Shown: positions 32,112-42,965, counted from the stretch's first letter. The stretch: DNA of 64,000 bases from an uncultured Planctomycetaceae bacterium (GCA_963813715.1 CAWFAK010000005.1:1408001-1472000), one strand, 5' to 3'. Translations and numbers: made by a program. The notes: generated by a model not told the origin, from the sequence alone.

Positions 32112-33380
32112 ATGGTGCCGCAGTTGCTTACGTTATTGCGCTCTCGTCCCCGGGCTCGGTCCCGCGCTCTGATGGTCCTTTCGCCGAACTGTCCCGCCGT
32201 CGAGAATCTCGAGGAACGCACGCTGCTGACGGCCGCGGTGACGTCGGCGCCGACGCTGGCCATCCTCAACGGAAACTTCACCGGTAGTTATTCCGGTCAG
32301 ATCAGCGTCAACAATAACGGCACCGTCACGAAGTCCGCCGTCGCCTCGACGGCGTTTTCGATGGCGATCAGCAACGGCGCCATCACGTTTACCACGCCTG
32401 TCGGCAACGGCACGGGAACGGTGACGGTGGGCCGGGCCATTTCCGGCACCGTCGAAGCACCGTATCAAAGCACCACGGTGCCGGTTACGGTCACCGGTAA
32501 CATCACGAACGTCAACGCCGTTCAGACGTACGCGAGCGGCAAGTGGACCTTCTCGGTGAACCTCGGCGGCGGCGTCACGGCGACCGGCAGCGGAACGTGG
32601 ACAGCCAGCGCACCGCAGATCCTGAGCAACTTCGACGGCAACTACGCCGGCACGTACCAGGGGACGATCACCACCAACACGAACGGCTCGATTTCGACGA
32701 CGCCGGTCTCGCCGGGCACGTTCATGGCCGCGATCAGCAACGGCGTGATCACCACCGCCTTCCCCAGCGGCAGCGGGCTCACCGCGGTGTCGGGCTCGAT
32801 TAATGTCACCGGCCGCGTGAACAGCACGGCCACCTTCGTCGAGGACGGCGTGACGATCACGGTCACCGCCTCCGGGCCGACCTCCCGCGGCCTGACGGGA
32901 GTCAACGGCACCGGCAACTGGAGCTTCAAAGCCAACCTTCCCGGCGGCGTTTTCGTGACGGGCACCGGCACCTATACGTTGGAAAGCATCCTGGTCCTCG
33001 ATGGCTCCTACGCCGGCACTGCGGTCGGCAACGTGACGGAGAATGACAACGGGACGATCACCAACAACCCGATCCCGGGCAGCCTTCTCAGCAACAACAC
33101 GGTCGACGTGACGATCTCCAACGGCACCGTGACCTTCTCGGCCCCCGGAGTCCCGGCGACCGGCACGGGCACGATCGATTTCGACGGCAACATCACGGGA
33201 ACGGCGACCTTCACCGACAATAGTGTGACCGTGACGATCTCGCTCGCCGGCACGGGCATGCCGACGGCGTCGGGCAATGTGCTCAATGGCACCTGGACCA
33301 TCCCGTCCACCGACGTCGGCGGCGGAGTGACCATCTCCGGTTCCGGCACCTGGAGCGCAACGCCCGTGACGGCCGTCTAA
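32112..33380 (+). CDS. planctomycete extracellular protein with LEERTLL leader motif and three ~120-aa beta-rich repeats
   Basis: GGAGGTG RBS; ENLEERTLL; repeats start LNGNFTGSYSG, FDGNYAGTYQG and LDGSYAGTAVG. Confidence 0.85.
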   Translation: MVPQLLTLLRSRPRARSRALMVLSPNCPAVENLEERTLLTAAVTSAPTLAILNGNFTGSYSGQISVNNNGTVTKSAVASTAFSMAISNGAITFTTPVGNGTGTVTVGRAISGTVEAPYQSTTVPVTVTGNITNVNAVQTYASGKWTFSVNLGGGVTATGSGTWTASAPQILSNFDGNYAGTYQGTITTNTNGSISTTPVSPGTFMAAISNGVITTAFPSGSGLTAVSGSINVTGRVNSTATFVEDGVTITVTASGPTSRGLTGVNGTGNWSFKANLPGGVFVTGTGTYTLESILVLDGSYAGTAVGNVTENDNGTITNNPIPGSLLSNNTVDVTISNGTVTFSAPGVPATGTGTIDFDGNITGTATFTDNSVTVTISLAGTGMPTASGNVLNGTWTIPSTDVGGGVTISGSGTWSATPVTAV

Positions 33381-33411
33381 AGCCCGAGTGGCTGATCGCA
33401 GGCAGTCCCCC

Positions 33412-33439
33412 AGCGACCCCGAAAGGGGTCGCTTTTTTT
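33412..33439 (+). terminator. intrinsic terminator
   Basis: AGCGACCCC-GAAA-GGGGTCGCT followed by a T-run. Confidence 0.9.
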
Positions 33440-33784
33440 GTCGCCGAGGGGCGCGAAAGTCGGTCGCCAGCAGCAGGGGCTCATCGCACGACCGAGCGGA
33501 AACTTTAGCCGAAGTGGGAGGCAGGCTTTGTAACAATTACAGGCACTCGCGGCCTCGCGGGTCGAATGACGACAACAAACCTCGAGAACGCGAATTTCGT
33601 AATGAATTGTCGCAGAAATACTTACGGCGTTTCCTACCTCGGTCAAAGATTTCTCTGTGGGAGTTTTGGGTAAATGGTTTAAACTTTGCTCCCTGCCTTA
33701 CCAATCGGCTGGATCTGCCGGTTGGCGGACGAATGGAATTCGCCGCTTCTGTTTGGGAAACGATCTCAGGGAAGAGATACTCGC

Positions 33785-35140
33785 ATGGATGCTCGGCATT
33801 TGCGCCTGGCCGTGTTTGTTCCCGCCCTTCTGCTTCTGACCGCCTCCTCTTCGCTGGCAGCCGGTTACTCGTACGCGACGCCGAACTTCGTCGTCAATGC
33901 GCCGAGTGCGGAGTTTGCCAAGCAGGTTGGCGACACCGCGGAACGCTTTCGAGCGCTGCTGGCGCACGAATGGCTCGGTCATGAATTGCCCCGCTGGTAT
34001 CGTCCTTGCCAGGTGACGATCACCCAGGTCGGACAGGTCGGAGCGGGTGGCGCGACCACGTTCACCTTTGCGGCCGGCCAGGTCTTTAACTGGAACATGC
34101 GGGTCCAGGGCACCGCCGAACGCATCCTCGACAGCGTGATTCCGCACGAAGTCAGCCATACGATTTTCGCGAGCCACTTTCGCCGCCCGCTGCCCCGCTG
34201 GGCCGACGAAGGCGCCGCGTCGCTGGTCGAACACGAATCGGAGCGCCGCCGCCAGTTGATGCTGCTCCGGCAAGTCTTCCACACGCCGCAGCGGATTCCG
34301 CTGCCGCAGCTGATCGCCATGAAGGAATATCCCAGCGACATGCAGAGCGTCCTCACGCTGTATGCCGAGGGTTACTCGCTGGCCGATTACCTCGTGCAGT
34401 CGGGCGGCAAAGAGCGCTACCTGCGGTTCCTGCAAGATGCTCACGATCGGGATTGGAACTACGCCATCCACACCTACTACGGCCTCGACGACGTGGCCTC
34501 GCTCGAGCGGCACTGGAGCGAGTGGGTGACGCAGGGCAGCCCCGAGCTCGAAATGCCACGCGGCCAGATGATGGCCCAGGCGGACACTCACGGCCGCCAG
34601 CCGGTCATTCGCTCACAGAGCCCGGACGCCGCGTCTGATCCCGGCGATCCGGCGCCGGCGCCGACCAGCCGCGTCGCTCGTCCGTTCCCCCGCGCCGAGG
34701 AGCCCGAAGCACCGTCCCCCGTCGATCGCCGCGCGTTCAGCGTCCGCGGCGAGCAGGCGCAGCCGACATCTCCCGCCGCGAACGACGCCGAAAACAACGC
34801 ATCGGCCAACCCATCGGTCGACGCGACCCAGGCAGCGGCATTGCAGCGGGAAGGTCGTCAGCGACTGGTCAGCGCCGGCTGGCAAGCGACGGCCCGCTCC
34901 TCGTCAAATTCGGGCGCGACTGTCGTCGCCCCGGCCGCCGTCGCCGCTCAACAAACCCATTCGGACGACCGGTCCGCGGGCGAATCTTCCGCTCGACGCC
35001 GGTTCCGCACGGCGAAAGAACGCCACGCCCAAGAGGTGGAGGCGGCCAACAACTCTGCCAGTCCCGTCGAAGAAGCAAGGCCCGAGGTCAGCGACCTCGA
35101 TCTGGCCCACGCACAAACTCCCTTTCACGTCGAGGATTGA
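33785..35140 (+). CDS. secreted peptidase MA-like zincin with disordered C-terminus
   Basis: signal peptide; PHEVSH (HExxH), PRWADEG and YAEGYSL. Confidence 0.8.
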   Translation: MDARHLRLAVFVPALLLLTASSSLAAGYSYATPNFVVNAPSAEFAKQVGDTAERFRALLAHEWLGHELPRWYRPCQVTITQVGQVGAGGATTFTFAAGQVFNWNMRVQGTAERILDSVIPHEVSHTIFASHFRRPLPRWADEGAASLVEHESERRRQLMLLRQVFHTPQRIPLPQLIAMKEYPSDMQSVLTLYAEGYSLADYLVQSGGKERYLRFLQDAHDRDWNYAIHTYYGLDDVASLERHWSEWVTQGSPELEMPRGQMMAQADTHGRQPVIRSQSPDAASDPGDPAPAPTSRVARPFPRAEEPEAPSPVDRRAFSVRGEQAQPTSPAANDAENNASANPSVDATQAAALQREGRQRLVSAGWQATARSSSNSGATVVAPAAVAAQQTHSDDRSAGESSARRRFRTAKERHAQEVEAANNSASPVEEARPEVSDLDLAHAQTPFHVED

Positions 35141-35198
35141 TCGCTTCGCCGATCGGTTCCCGGATTCCTGACACCCAAACACCTGACAAGTGTCCGCA

Positions 35199-35400
35199 GT
35201 GCGAAGGTTGGCGTGGCTCTGGACGCCCGCACCGGCAATCCGGCTTCCCGCAGGGCCGGCCTGTCGAAGGTCGTTTACGACTCGGCCAAATATCCCTGGT
35301 CCCTCCGCTCCCTAACGGGTAAGTGACCGAGTCACAAATCGAGCCCGCGTCGACCAACGCACAGAACGAGCCATCGCTTTCGGTGGCTCGTTCTTTTTTT
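35199..35400 (+). ncRNA. candidate structured non-coding RNA (unassigned; 6S is one possibility)
   Basis: terminal stem 35199-35219 with 35341-35362 enclosing two hairpins, directly followed by a terminator. Confidence 0.5.
35363..35400 (+). terminator. intrinsic terminator
   Basis: AGAACGAGCCA...TGGCTCGTTCT followed by a T-run. Confidence 0.85.
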
Positions 35401-35432
35401 GGTTGCACGAAACGCTCGTTGCATGCCCATGG

Positions 35433-35460
35433 TTGTGAGACCGTCCGGAAGCGCTAGAAT
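35433..35460 (+). promoter_or_regulatory. putative sigma70 promoter of sodA
   Basis: TTGTGA-N16-TAGAAT. Confidence 0.45.
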
Positions 35461-35520
35461 ACCACTGGCCGGCCACTGTCCGACCGCCCGCAGTCCTTCG
35501 TGGACATTGTCCACTGTCGG

Positions 35521-35646
35521 CTTGGCCGGGCCTTCGGATTGCTGGCTGTCTTCAGATTGCTGACTGTCTCAAGGTTGTTGACGGTCTTGAGCATTGCCGG
35601 CTTTCGCAGCTTTGTGTTCGGCATCAACTTTGTCTGGGCATTCACG
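35521..35646. repeat. degenerate 18-bp tandem array in the sodA leader
   Basis: TTGCTGGCTGTCTTCAGA / TTGCTGACTGTCTCAAGG / TTGTTGACGGTCTTGAGC plus weaker flanking units. Confidence 0.55.
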
Positions 35647-35674
35647 GCACACGACGGTTGAAGGAGATCCTCAC

Positions 35675-36283
35675 ATGGCGTACACGCTTCCCGATCTTCC
35701 CTATCCCGAGAACGCGCTCGAGCCGCACATCGACGCGCAGACGATGAACATTCACCGCACCAAGCACCATCAGGCTTACATCAACAATGTGAACGCGGCC
35801 CTCGAGAAGCATCCCAACCTGGCCAACAAGCCGATCGACCAGTTGATGCGCGAGCTTTCGTCCGTTCCGGAAGACATCCGCACGGTCGTGCGGAATAACG
35901 GCGGCGGTCATGCCAACCACAGCCTGTTCTGGACGATCTTGGGCCCGAAGGCGGGCGGCGATCCGTCGGGCGATGTGGGTCAGGCCATCACCAGCACGTT
36001 CGGCAGCGTGGCCACGTTTCGCGAGCAGTTCGCCAAGGCGGCGACCACGCGGTTCGGCAGCGGCTGGGCCTGGCTGTCGGTCGACAAGGGCAAGCTCGTC
36101 GTCGAGAGCTCGCCCAATCAGGACACGCCGCTCTCCGAGGGTCGCACCCCAATTCTGGGGCTCGACGTCTGGGAACACGCATATTACCTGAAATACCAAA
36201 ACCGCCGGCCCGACTACATCACGGCGTATTGGAACGTGGTGAATTGGGGCGAAGTGAATAAGAGATTCGCCGCCGCCAAGTAA
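35675..36283 (+). CDS. sodA: superoxide dismutase, likely Mn type
   Basis: [45 protein letters not shown]. Confidence 0.95.
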   Translation: MAYTLPDLPYPENALEPHIDAQTMNIHRTKHHQAYINNVNAALEKHPNLANKPIDQLMRELSSVPEDIRTVVRNNGGGHANHSLFWTILGPKAGGDPSGDVGQAITSTFGSVATFREQFAKAATTRFGSGWAWLSVDKGKLVVESSPNQDTPLSEGRTPILGLDVWEHAYYLKYQNRRPDYITAYWNVVNWGEVNKRFAAAK

Positions 36284-36306
36284 TCGCGTCACAAGGTTCA
36301 ACGATC

Positions 36307-36341
36307 AAAGGGCCACTCGTCGAGTCGGGTGGCCCTTTTTT
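36307..36341 (+). terminator. intrinsic terminator
   Basis: AAAGGGCCAC...GTGGCCCTTTTTT. Confidence 0.85.
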
Positions 36342-36405
36342 CGCGCCTGCCGCTGAGTGATTCTGCCGATATTCCCAATGACGGTCTCTGGGGGGAGATT
36401 GCCGG

Positions 36406-36747
36406 ATGAGGGGACATTTCGGGCGATTGGCTTTGGCTGGCTTGGCGACAGCGTGCCTGTCTGCGGGATGCATCATCCCCAGCTACCAACTGCCGGCCGG
36501 CTTTAGCAGCAGCTATCAGCGGCAACTCTACGGAATGGATCCGCCGCCGACCCCCGTTGATGGCGGGCTCTCCGCCCTGACGATGCGCCCGGGAATCTTC
36601 TACCCGGAAACGGCGTTTAACGATCCGCCCGTCGCCTTCGATAGCAACGCCTCGCGCGGGGTTGCTCCTGGACCGCTGGTTCTCGGCACCGATCCGCTGA
36701 GCCCGCCGCCGAAAGTCGCCAAGGCTCTGCCCGACGACATCTATTAG
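36406..36747 (+). CDS. small hypothetical lipoprotein
   Basis: lipobox LSAGC after a hydrophobic leader; GGAG RBS. Confidence 0.65.
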   Translation: MRGHFGRLALAGLATACLSAGCIIPSYQLPAGFSSSYQRQLYGMDPPPTPVDGGLSALTMRPGIFYPETAFNDPPVAFDSNASRGVAPGPLVLGTDPLSPPPKVAKALPDDIY

Positions 36748-36877
36748 ACGCGGCGGCTTAATGTGACCGCGTTGACTGAGCGGAACGAGCGTCGCTGAAT
36801 TGTGGCTGCGAGCAACCGGGGGCTATCATCAACCCCGTTGCGCTTTCCTCCCTCCGTCCACATTCAGCGAGCCCGCC

Positions 36878-37960
36878 ATGGCGAACTCCCCTGCCCGCAA
36901 ATCGTCGACTTCCCCCTCTCGCCGCAGCTTCCTCAAAACGGCCGGGGCGGCAACATTCGTCGCAGCCGCGGGACCGACGATTCTCCGCGCGAGCGATAAG
37001 GCCGGCAGCAAAGCGCCGGTGCTGGGGACCGGCGAGCAGCAATATGAGGTGGTCAGCCATACGTGGGGCGAGCTGCCCAGCCACATCGTTTGGGGTGAAA
37101 CGCACGGCGTGACCGTCGATGGGGCGGGCTTCATTTACATCAAGCATCGCAACTACGCCAAGACCCCGATGGACGCGATCGTGGTCTTCGATCCCCAGGG
37201 AAAATTCGTCCGCTCCTTCGGCAAGGAGTTTCACCGGGGCGGCCATGGCATCGATCTGCGCAAGGAAGGGAACGAGGAATTCCTCTACCTCTGTGATGTG
37301 CAGCACGGCATCGTCGCCAAGACGACCCTGAAGGGCGAACACGTCTGGGTGAAGTGGACGCCCGAAGAGCCGAACGTTTACACCGGAAACAATAAGTACA
37401 GTCCGACCAATGTCGCCTTCGCTGCCGACGGCGGCTTCTACATCGGCGATGGCTACGGTTCGAATTACATCCATCAATACGACAAGGACGCCCACTGGGT
37501 CCGCACGTGGGGCGGCTTCGGCGATGCACCCGGCAAGATGAAAACGCCTCACGGCCTGTGGCTCGACGACCGTCCCGGCCGGACGCCGTCGCTGGTTGTG
37601 GCCGATCGTGCGAACGCCCGGTTGCAGTATTTCACGCTCGACGGCAAGCACCTGAGCTTCGATCACGACGTCAGCTTCCCCGCCCATTTCGATCTGCGGG
37701 GCGACGTGATGATGGTTCCTGACCTGCACGCCCGCGTTTCCCTGTTTGACAAGGACAACAAGGTCATCACGCACCTGGGCTACGATCCGAACTGGACGAA
37801 GCAGGTGTTGGCCAACAACTTCAAGATGCGGAGCACGCCCAAGGACTGGCAAGCCGGCCGCTTCGTCCACCCCCACGACGCCTGCTTCGACCACAGCGGA
37901 AACATTTTCGTCGTCGAATGGGTGCCAACCGGGCGCGTTTCGTTCCTGCGGAAGGTTTGA
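36878..37960 (+). CDS. Tat-exported NHL-repeat beta-propeller (PAL-like)
   Basis: SRRSFLK twin-arginine leader; PTNVAF..DGYG, PHGLWLD, VADRANARLQYF, HPHDACFD. Confidence 0.85.
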   Translation: MANSPARKSSTSPSRRSFLKTAGAATFVAAAGPTILRASDKAGSKAPVLGTGEQQYEVVSHTWGELPSHIVWGETHGVTVDGAGFIYIKHRNYAKTPMDAIVVFDPQGKFVRSFGKEFHRGGHGIDLRKEGNEEFLYLCDVQHGIVAKTTLKGEHVWVKWTPEEPNVYTGNNKYSPTNVAFAADGGFYIGDGYGSNYIHQYDKDAHWVRTWGGFGDAPGKMKTPHGLWLDDRPGRTPSLVVADRANARLQYFTLDGKHLSFDHDVSFPAHFDLRGDVMMVPDLHARVSLFDKDNKVITHLGYDPNWTKQVLANNFKMRSTPKDWQAGRFVHPHDACFDHSGNIFVVEWVPTGRVSFLRKV

Positions 37961-38150
37961 TTTCCCGGAATCGGCCGTCAGTCCAAGTCCGAGGTCCAAC
38001 TCCCGAGCGCGAACGACGTTGCAAGCGCCGCACTTCGGGGCGATGATGAATTGTGCGGCCACGAGCCCTTGCCAAGCCGGAGGCAAGCCTGCGCTCGCAG
38101 ACTCGCGCGATTCTGCCGCATTCCCGAAGCGCCGCCGACGAGTTCGCTCA

Positions 38151-40015
38151 ATGTCCTCCGAAAATGGCCTCCCCCCGACGGACCGCGGAACCGGGCGGGA
38201 CGCGAGTGCATTTTCACGCGGGCCGTGGCTGGCGTTGTCGACGCAAGTGCTCGGACGGCGCCGGTCGCTCCCGCTGGCGGCGTTTCTCGTCGGCGTGGGT
38301 GCGTTTGCCCTCACCGTGGGGCTGGTGATCAGCAGTTTCTTACAGACCCGAGAAGAGGCCCGCCAACGCTACTTGCAAACGACCAAAACCGAAGTGCGGA
38401 TGCTCGCCGGCGCTGTCGATATGAACACCAAGCCGGCCGCGAACGGGCCGCGCAAATTGGATGTCGAGCAGGTTCGTAAGGCGGTGCTGGAACTCTGGCT
38501 GCAGGCCGGACATTGGATTCCGGCGCCGGACGAAAACTTCGTGATCGTCGACAACCGGAACATGGACGTCATCCTGAATATCGGCGCGCAACGGGCGACT
38601 CCCGATCCGGCGTCATCCGAAACCAACGTGCGCGGCATGGTCGTCGCCGCGCGGGAAAAGCTCGGATTTTCGGCGCTATCGGGTCGCCCCATCCGTTATA
38701 CCGGTGAGTTTCTGGCGCCGACCGGACAGGAAATGCTGGGGTCGTTCTGGGGACTGAGAGGCGGCCAGAGACTGGGTGCTCGCCGTCTATCGCTCCAAGA
38801 ACGGTCTCTACGAATCGGATCCCCGATTCGGGCTCTTCGGCACATCGATCGAATTCACCAGTGTCGGCAGCGTGGTCGTCGCCTGCGTGCTCGCCATGCT
38901 CATCTCGCTGCTCCTGATGTATTACACGTATAACCTCGCGCGGCGCGAACAAGTGCGGACGGAAGAGGCGCGGGCGCGGCTGGCGGCCATCGTGCAGGAT
39001 TCGGACGACGCCATCTTCAGCCAAACCTTCGACGGCCACATCACCAGCTGGAACCGCGGCGCCGAGCAGGTCTTCGGGTTTGCCGAGCCCGAGGCGGTCA
39101 ATCGCGACAGTCGAGCGCTCATCCCTTCCCAGCGAGACGGTGACGAACAAGAAATCATCCGGCAAATCGAGCGCGGCGAATCGCCCCCCGAGCACGCGGT
39201 GGAAGCGATCCGCGTCCGCAAGGACGGGCGGCCGATCCACGTTTTGCAGTCGATCTCGCCGCTGGAAGATTCCAGCGGTCGGCGCGTCGGCGTTTCAATC
39301 ATCGCCCGCGACATCTCGGCCCAAAAGAATCTCGAACGCGAAGTGCTCGAGATCACCAGCAACGAACAACAGCGCATCGGCCGCGACCTGCACGACAGCC
39401 TGGGCCAGGAACTGACCGGCCTGAGCTACCTCGCCAAGGGGCTGACGCAAAAACTGTCGGCCGATGAAAGTCCGCAGACTGCCATCGCCCAGACCATCGC
39501 AGACAGCGTACAACGGGCCCTCCGGGAAGTCCGCACGGCCGTGCAAGGACTCGTTCCCGTCGAGGTCGACGCCGCGGGTTTCATGGCGGCCCTCGAGCAG
39601 CTGGCGACGGAAACGAGCGCCGCGCTGCGGGATCGATTGCCGCGTCGAAGGAGACGAACGCGTCCGCATCGACGACAATGTGGTGGCAACACACCTCTTT
39701 CGCATTGTGCAGGAAGCGATAAACAACGCAGTCAAGCACGCGCAGCCGCGGCAAATCCTCGTCCGCCCCGAGCTGTCCAACGGAACGATCAGCGTCACCG
39801 TCCAGGATGACGGCGTCGGCATTGGCTCGGGCACCTCGTCGCGTAACGGCGGGATGGGGCTGAGAATCATGCAGTACCGCGCGGGCGTCATCGATGCCAC
39901 GCTGGAAGTTCGCCGCCGCGACGGCCAGGGGACGGCCGTCGTCTGCCAGATCAACAACCCGTCCCCCGCCGCCCAGTCGGACTCGTCCGGAAACCATGAA
40001 ACGTACCACAACTGA
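38151..40015 (+). CDS. membrane sensor histidine kinase, PAS + HisKA_3 (frameshifts near 38770 and 39622)
   Basis: two TM segments; SWNRGAEQVFG PAS; EQQRIGRDLHDSLGQ; QEAINNAVKHA, DDGVG, GMGLRIM. Confidence 0.85.
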
Positions 40016-40670
40016 AACGCAGCGCGCTCGGATCCTGATCGTCGACGACCACCCGCTGGTCCGCAGCGGCCTGCGGCTGTTAATCGACTGCGAGCCGGAC
40101 CTGGTCGTTTGCGGCGAGGCGGCCGACGCCACCGAAGCGATGCGCCTCTTGGAGAGCCAAAAACCCGATCTGCTGATCGTCGACCTATCGCTCAAGGAAA
40201 GCAGCGGCCTGGAGCTGATCAAGCGCATCAAGATCCGCAACGCGGAAATCAAGATCCTGGTCAGCTCGATGTTCGAAGAGTCGCTCTACGCGGAGCGGGT
40301 GCTGAGCGCGGGCGCGCTGGGATACGTGCACAAGCAGGAGGGCATGGACCGCGTGATCGAGGCGATCCGCTGCGTCCTCTCGGGCCGCGTCTGGTTGAGC
40401 ACGGCGATGAGCGACCGCATGCTGCGGAAAATGACGGCATCGCCCGCGCCGCCGACTCAGTCCCCGGTGCACACCCTTTCCGATCGCGAGCTCGAAGTCT
40501 TCGAGCTGATCGGCCGCGGCCGATCGACGAAAGACATCGCCAAACAGCTGCACCTGAGTGTCAAAACCGTGGAAACGCACCGCGAAAAAATCAAAGCCAA
40601 GCTCGGCCTGGCGTCCGGCGCTGAACTGACCCGCGCCGCCATTCAGTGGGTCATCGAGCAGGGCGGCTGA
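39996..40670 (+). CDS. NarL/FixJ family response regulator
   Basis: [11 protein letters not shown] receiver; LSDRELEVF...[11 protein letters not shown]uxR HTH. Confidence 0.93.
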   Translation: MKRTTTETQRARILIVDDHPLVRSGLRLLIDCEPDLVVCGEAADATEAMRLLESQKPDLLIVDLSLKESSGLELIKRIKIRNAEIKILVSSMFEESLYAERVLSAGALGYVHKQEGMDRVIEAIRCVLSGRVWLSTAMSDRMLRKMTASPAPPTQSPVHTLSDRELEVFELIGRGRSTKDIAKQLHLSVKTVETHREKIKAKLGLASGAELTRAAIQWVIEQGG

Positions 40671-40735
40671 CGGGCGGCGCCCCTCTCCCGGCGAGCCCCT
40701 TCCCTAAGGCCGACCGTCGAAAGTGGCGATTTGTT

Positions 40736-40765
40736 TTGACGGGCTTCCCTAACGTGCGATAGCAT
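40736..40765 (+). promoter_or_regulatory. putative sigma70 promoter of the DUF1559 gene
   Basis: TTGACG-N18-TAGCAT. Confidence 0.5.
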
Positions 40766-40920
40766 AAGCAACTGCCGGGGGTTGAGGGGTGTCCGGGCGA
40801 CGGCCTCGCAAGTAACCGGCTGGCCACGCCACCGGAACAATTTGTCCGGGCATGGCCGCCTCGCCGGCCGAATCCCGTAGTTCTTCCAGTCTTCGCCTGC
40901 TTCCTCGAAGGAGGTGCACT

Positions 40921-42102
40921 GTGTCGCAACGCCGTGCCTTGAAGGGTTTCACCCTGATCGAGCTGTTGGTCGTGATCGCGATCATTGCGGTGCTTGTCTC
41001 GCTCTTGCTCCCGGCCGTTCAACAGGCCCGCGAAGCGGCCCGGCGCACCCAGTGCCTCAACAACCTCAAACAGATGGGTCTGGCCCTGCACAACTATCAC
41101 GACGTGAACCTCGTCTTCCCGATGGGGCAGATCGCCGTGTTGTTCCTCAATCAAACGCCGAACACCGCGTTCCAACACGCCGACCCGACCGAAGCCTCCA
41201 CGTTGACGGCCACTGGGTTGCAAACAACCGGGAACGGCAACGGAAATGGCCAAAACATCATCGGCGGCTTCGGCCTCCACGGCACGAGCTGGATGCTGAT
41301 GATCCTGCCCTTCATCGAGCAGCAGCAGCTCTATAACGAGTGGAACTTCCAGTTCAACGTCCGCGACAACGGCGAACTTCTGACGTCCACCAACCAGTCG
41401 CAGCCGGCGCAGGTCGACGTCGCCTGCTTCTACTGCCCCACCCGCCGTGGCAGCTTGAGCTCCGCCAAATACACGAACGTCCGTCACGTCGACTGGTATC
41501 AGCCTGGCACGATCCCCTGGTCGCGCGGCGGCAACGACTACGGCGGCTGCATCGGCGCCGGCCTGGGCTGGTTCACCACGACGATTCCCATGCCCATGGA
41601 CAACACGGCCACGCCTCCGGTCGTCGATATCGGCACGTTGGAGCTGACCAGTGAACAGATCCAATACCAGGAACTGCTGAACCCCAATGAGATCTACATC
41701 CCCACCGGCAAAGTGTTGGGTCTCTTCTCGGTCAACCGCTCGCTCGGTATTCGCGACATCTCCAACGGTTCCTCCAACGTCATCATGACCGGAGAGGTCC
41801 AGCGGCTGAACGGGACGGACTTGAACGGAAACGGCTCGGTGCTCGACCCTACCGAAACGCAAACGATCAGCTGCGATGGTTGGGCCTGGGGCGGGGCTGC
41901 CACCCTCTTCAGCACGCTGAACCCGCCCAATCGCCCGTTCACGTTCGACACGCCGGGCAGCGATCACACGGGCGGCATCATGCAAGTGGGGCTGGCGGAC
42001 GGCAGCTGCCGAGCCCTGAGCCAGAACATCGATCTCAACACGTTCAACACTTTGGGCTGCATCTCCAACGGAAAAGCGGTCACCAACTGGAACGTTCAAT
42101 AG
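40921..42102 (+). CDS. DUF1559 prepilin-type N-terminal cleavage/methylation protein
   Basis: [41 protein letters not shown]-terminal [21 protein letters not shown] before GTG. Confidence 0.93.
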   Translation: MSQRRALKGFTLIELLVVIAIIAVLVSLLLPAVQQAREAARRTQCLNNLKQMGLALHNYHDVNLVFPMGQIAVLFLNQTPNTAFQHADPTEASTLTATGLQTTGNGNGNGQNIIGGFGLHGTSWMLMILPFIEQQQLYNEWNFQFNVRDNGELLTSTNQSQPAQVDVACFYCPTRRGSLSSAKYTNVRHVDWYQPGTIPWSRGGNDYGGCIGAGLGWFTTTIPMPMDNTATPPVVDIGTLELTSEQIQYQELLNPNEIYIPTGKVLGLFSVNRSLGIRDISNGSSNVIMTGEVQRLNGTDLNGNGSVLDPTETQTISCDGWAWGGAATLFSTLNPPNRPFTFDTPGSDHTGGIMQVGLADGSCRALSQNIDLNTFNTLGCISNGKAVTNWNVQ

Positions 42103-42125
42103 CGAAGGACCGGTAAACCGCCGCC

Positions 42126-42828
42126 ATGTCGATCCGCTTCTCGTGCAGTTGCGGGCGTAAGCTCAAAGTTTCCGACGAAAAAATCGGAATGAAAGTGCTC
42201 TGCTCATCGTGCGGGGCGACGCTCAAAGTCCCGAAAAAATCGATGGACGAGTACTGGCAGGACGTGCCGGTCAAGAGCGACGCGGCGAAGGTCGACTACG
42301 TCGGCGGGGCCAAGGAATTCTTGATCCACTTCGTGCCGGGCGGGCTCGTCGTCGGCCTGATGTGTTACTTCGCCTACTTCCTCTCGTCCCAGGTCCTCAC
42401 AGGCCACGATAACGTGCCCCCGCTGGGCAAAGTTTCGGGGCGCGTGACGATGGCGGGCCAGCCCCTCGGCAACGCGACGCTGCGATTTGTCCCGAAGGAT
42501 CCGCTCTACGGCGACGGCGAGAACGGCAAGAAGCTGGCGGCGTCGGTGTCGATCGGCGTGACCGATGACAGCGGCCACTACACGCTGCTCTATGTGAAAG
42601 ACGTCTACGGCGCGTACGTCGGCCAGCATCGCGTCGAGATCTCGGCCAAGGACGCCAACGGCCGTGAACGGCTGCGCCCCGACTTCAGCAGCTCGAAGTC
42701 GATGTTATTGCGCGACGTCAAACCCGGCTCGCAAGAACATGGATTTCGAGGTGCAATCCATCGATTCGCCTAGTTCGGGCCCAGCTCCCGCGCCCGTGGC
42801 GGCTCCCGCCCAAGAGCCCCAACCCTGA
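42126..42828 (+). CDS. Zn-ribbon + TM + carboxypeptidase-regulatory-like domain protein (probable frameshift near 42740)
   Basis: CSCG...CSSCG; TM segment; [33 protein letters not shown]. Confidence 0.75.
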
Positions 42829-42965
42829 TTCTCTCGGTCGCGGATGTCGCCCGCCCCCAACCTTTCCGGCACGCTCTCCATCGCACCCCGAGCGTTGACG
42901 CTCCGCCCCGCCTCGGGCGGCCTGGGCGCTGGCACGGCCGCGTTTCCTGACGTAGGCTGGAGATC

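Noticed and set aside
35454..35645. 63-aa minus-strand ORF with hexapeptide periodicity
   Set aside because: It is explained by the 18-bp DNA array in the sodA leader and has no clear RBS
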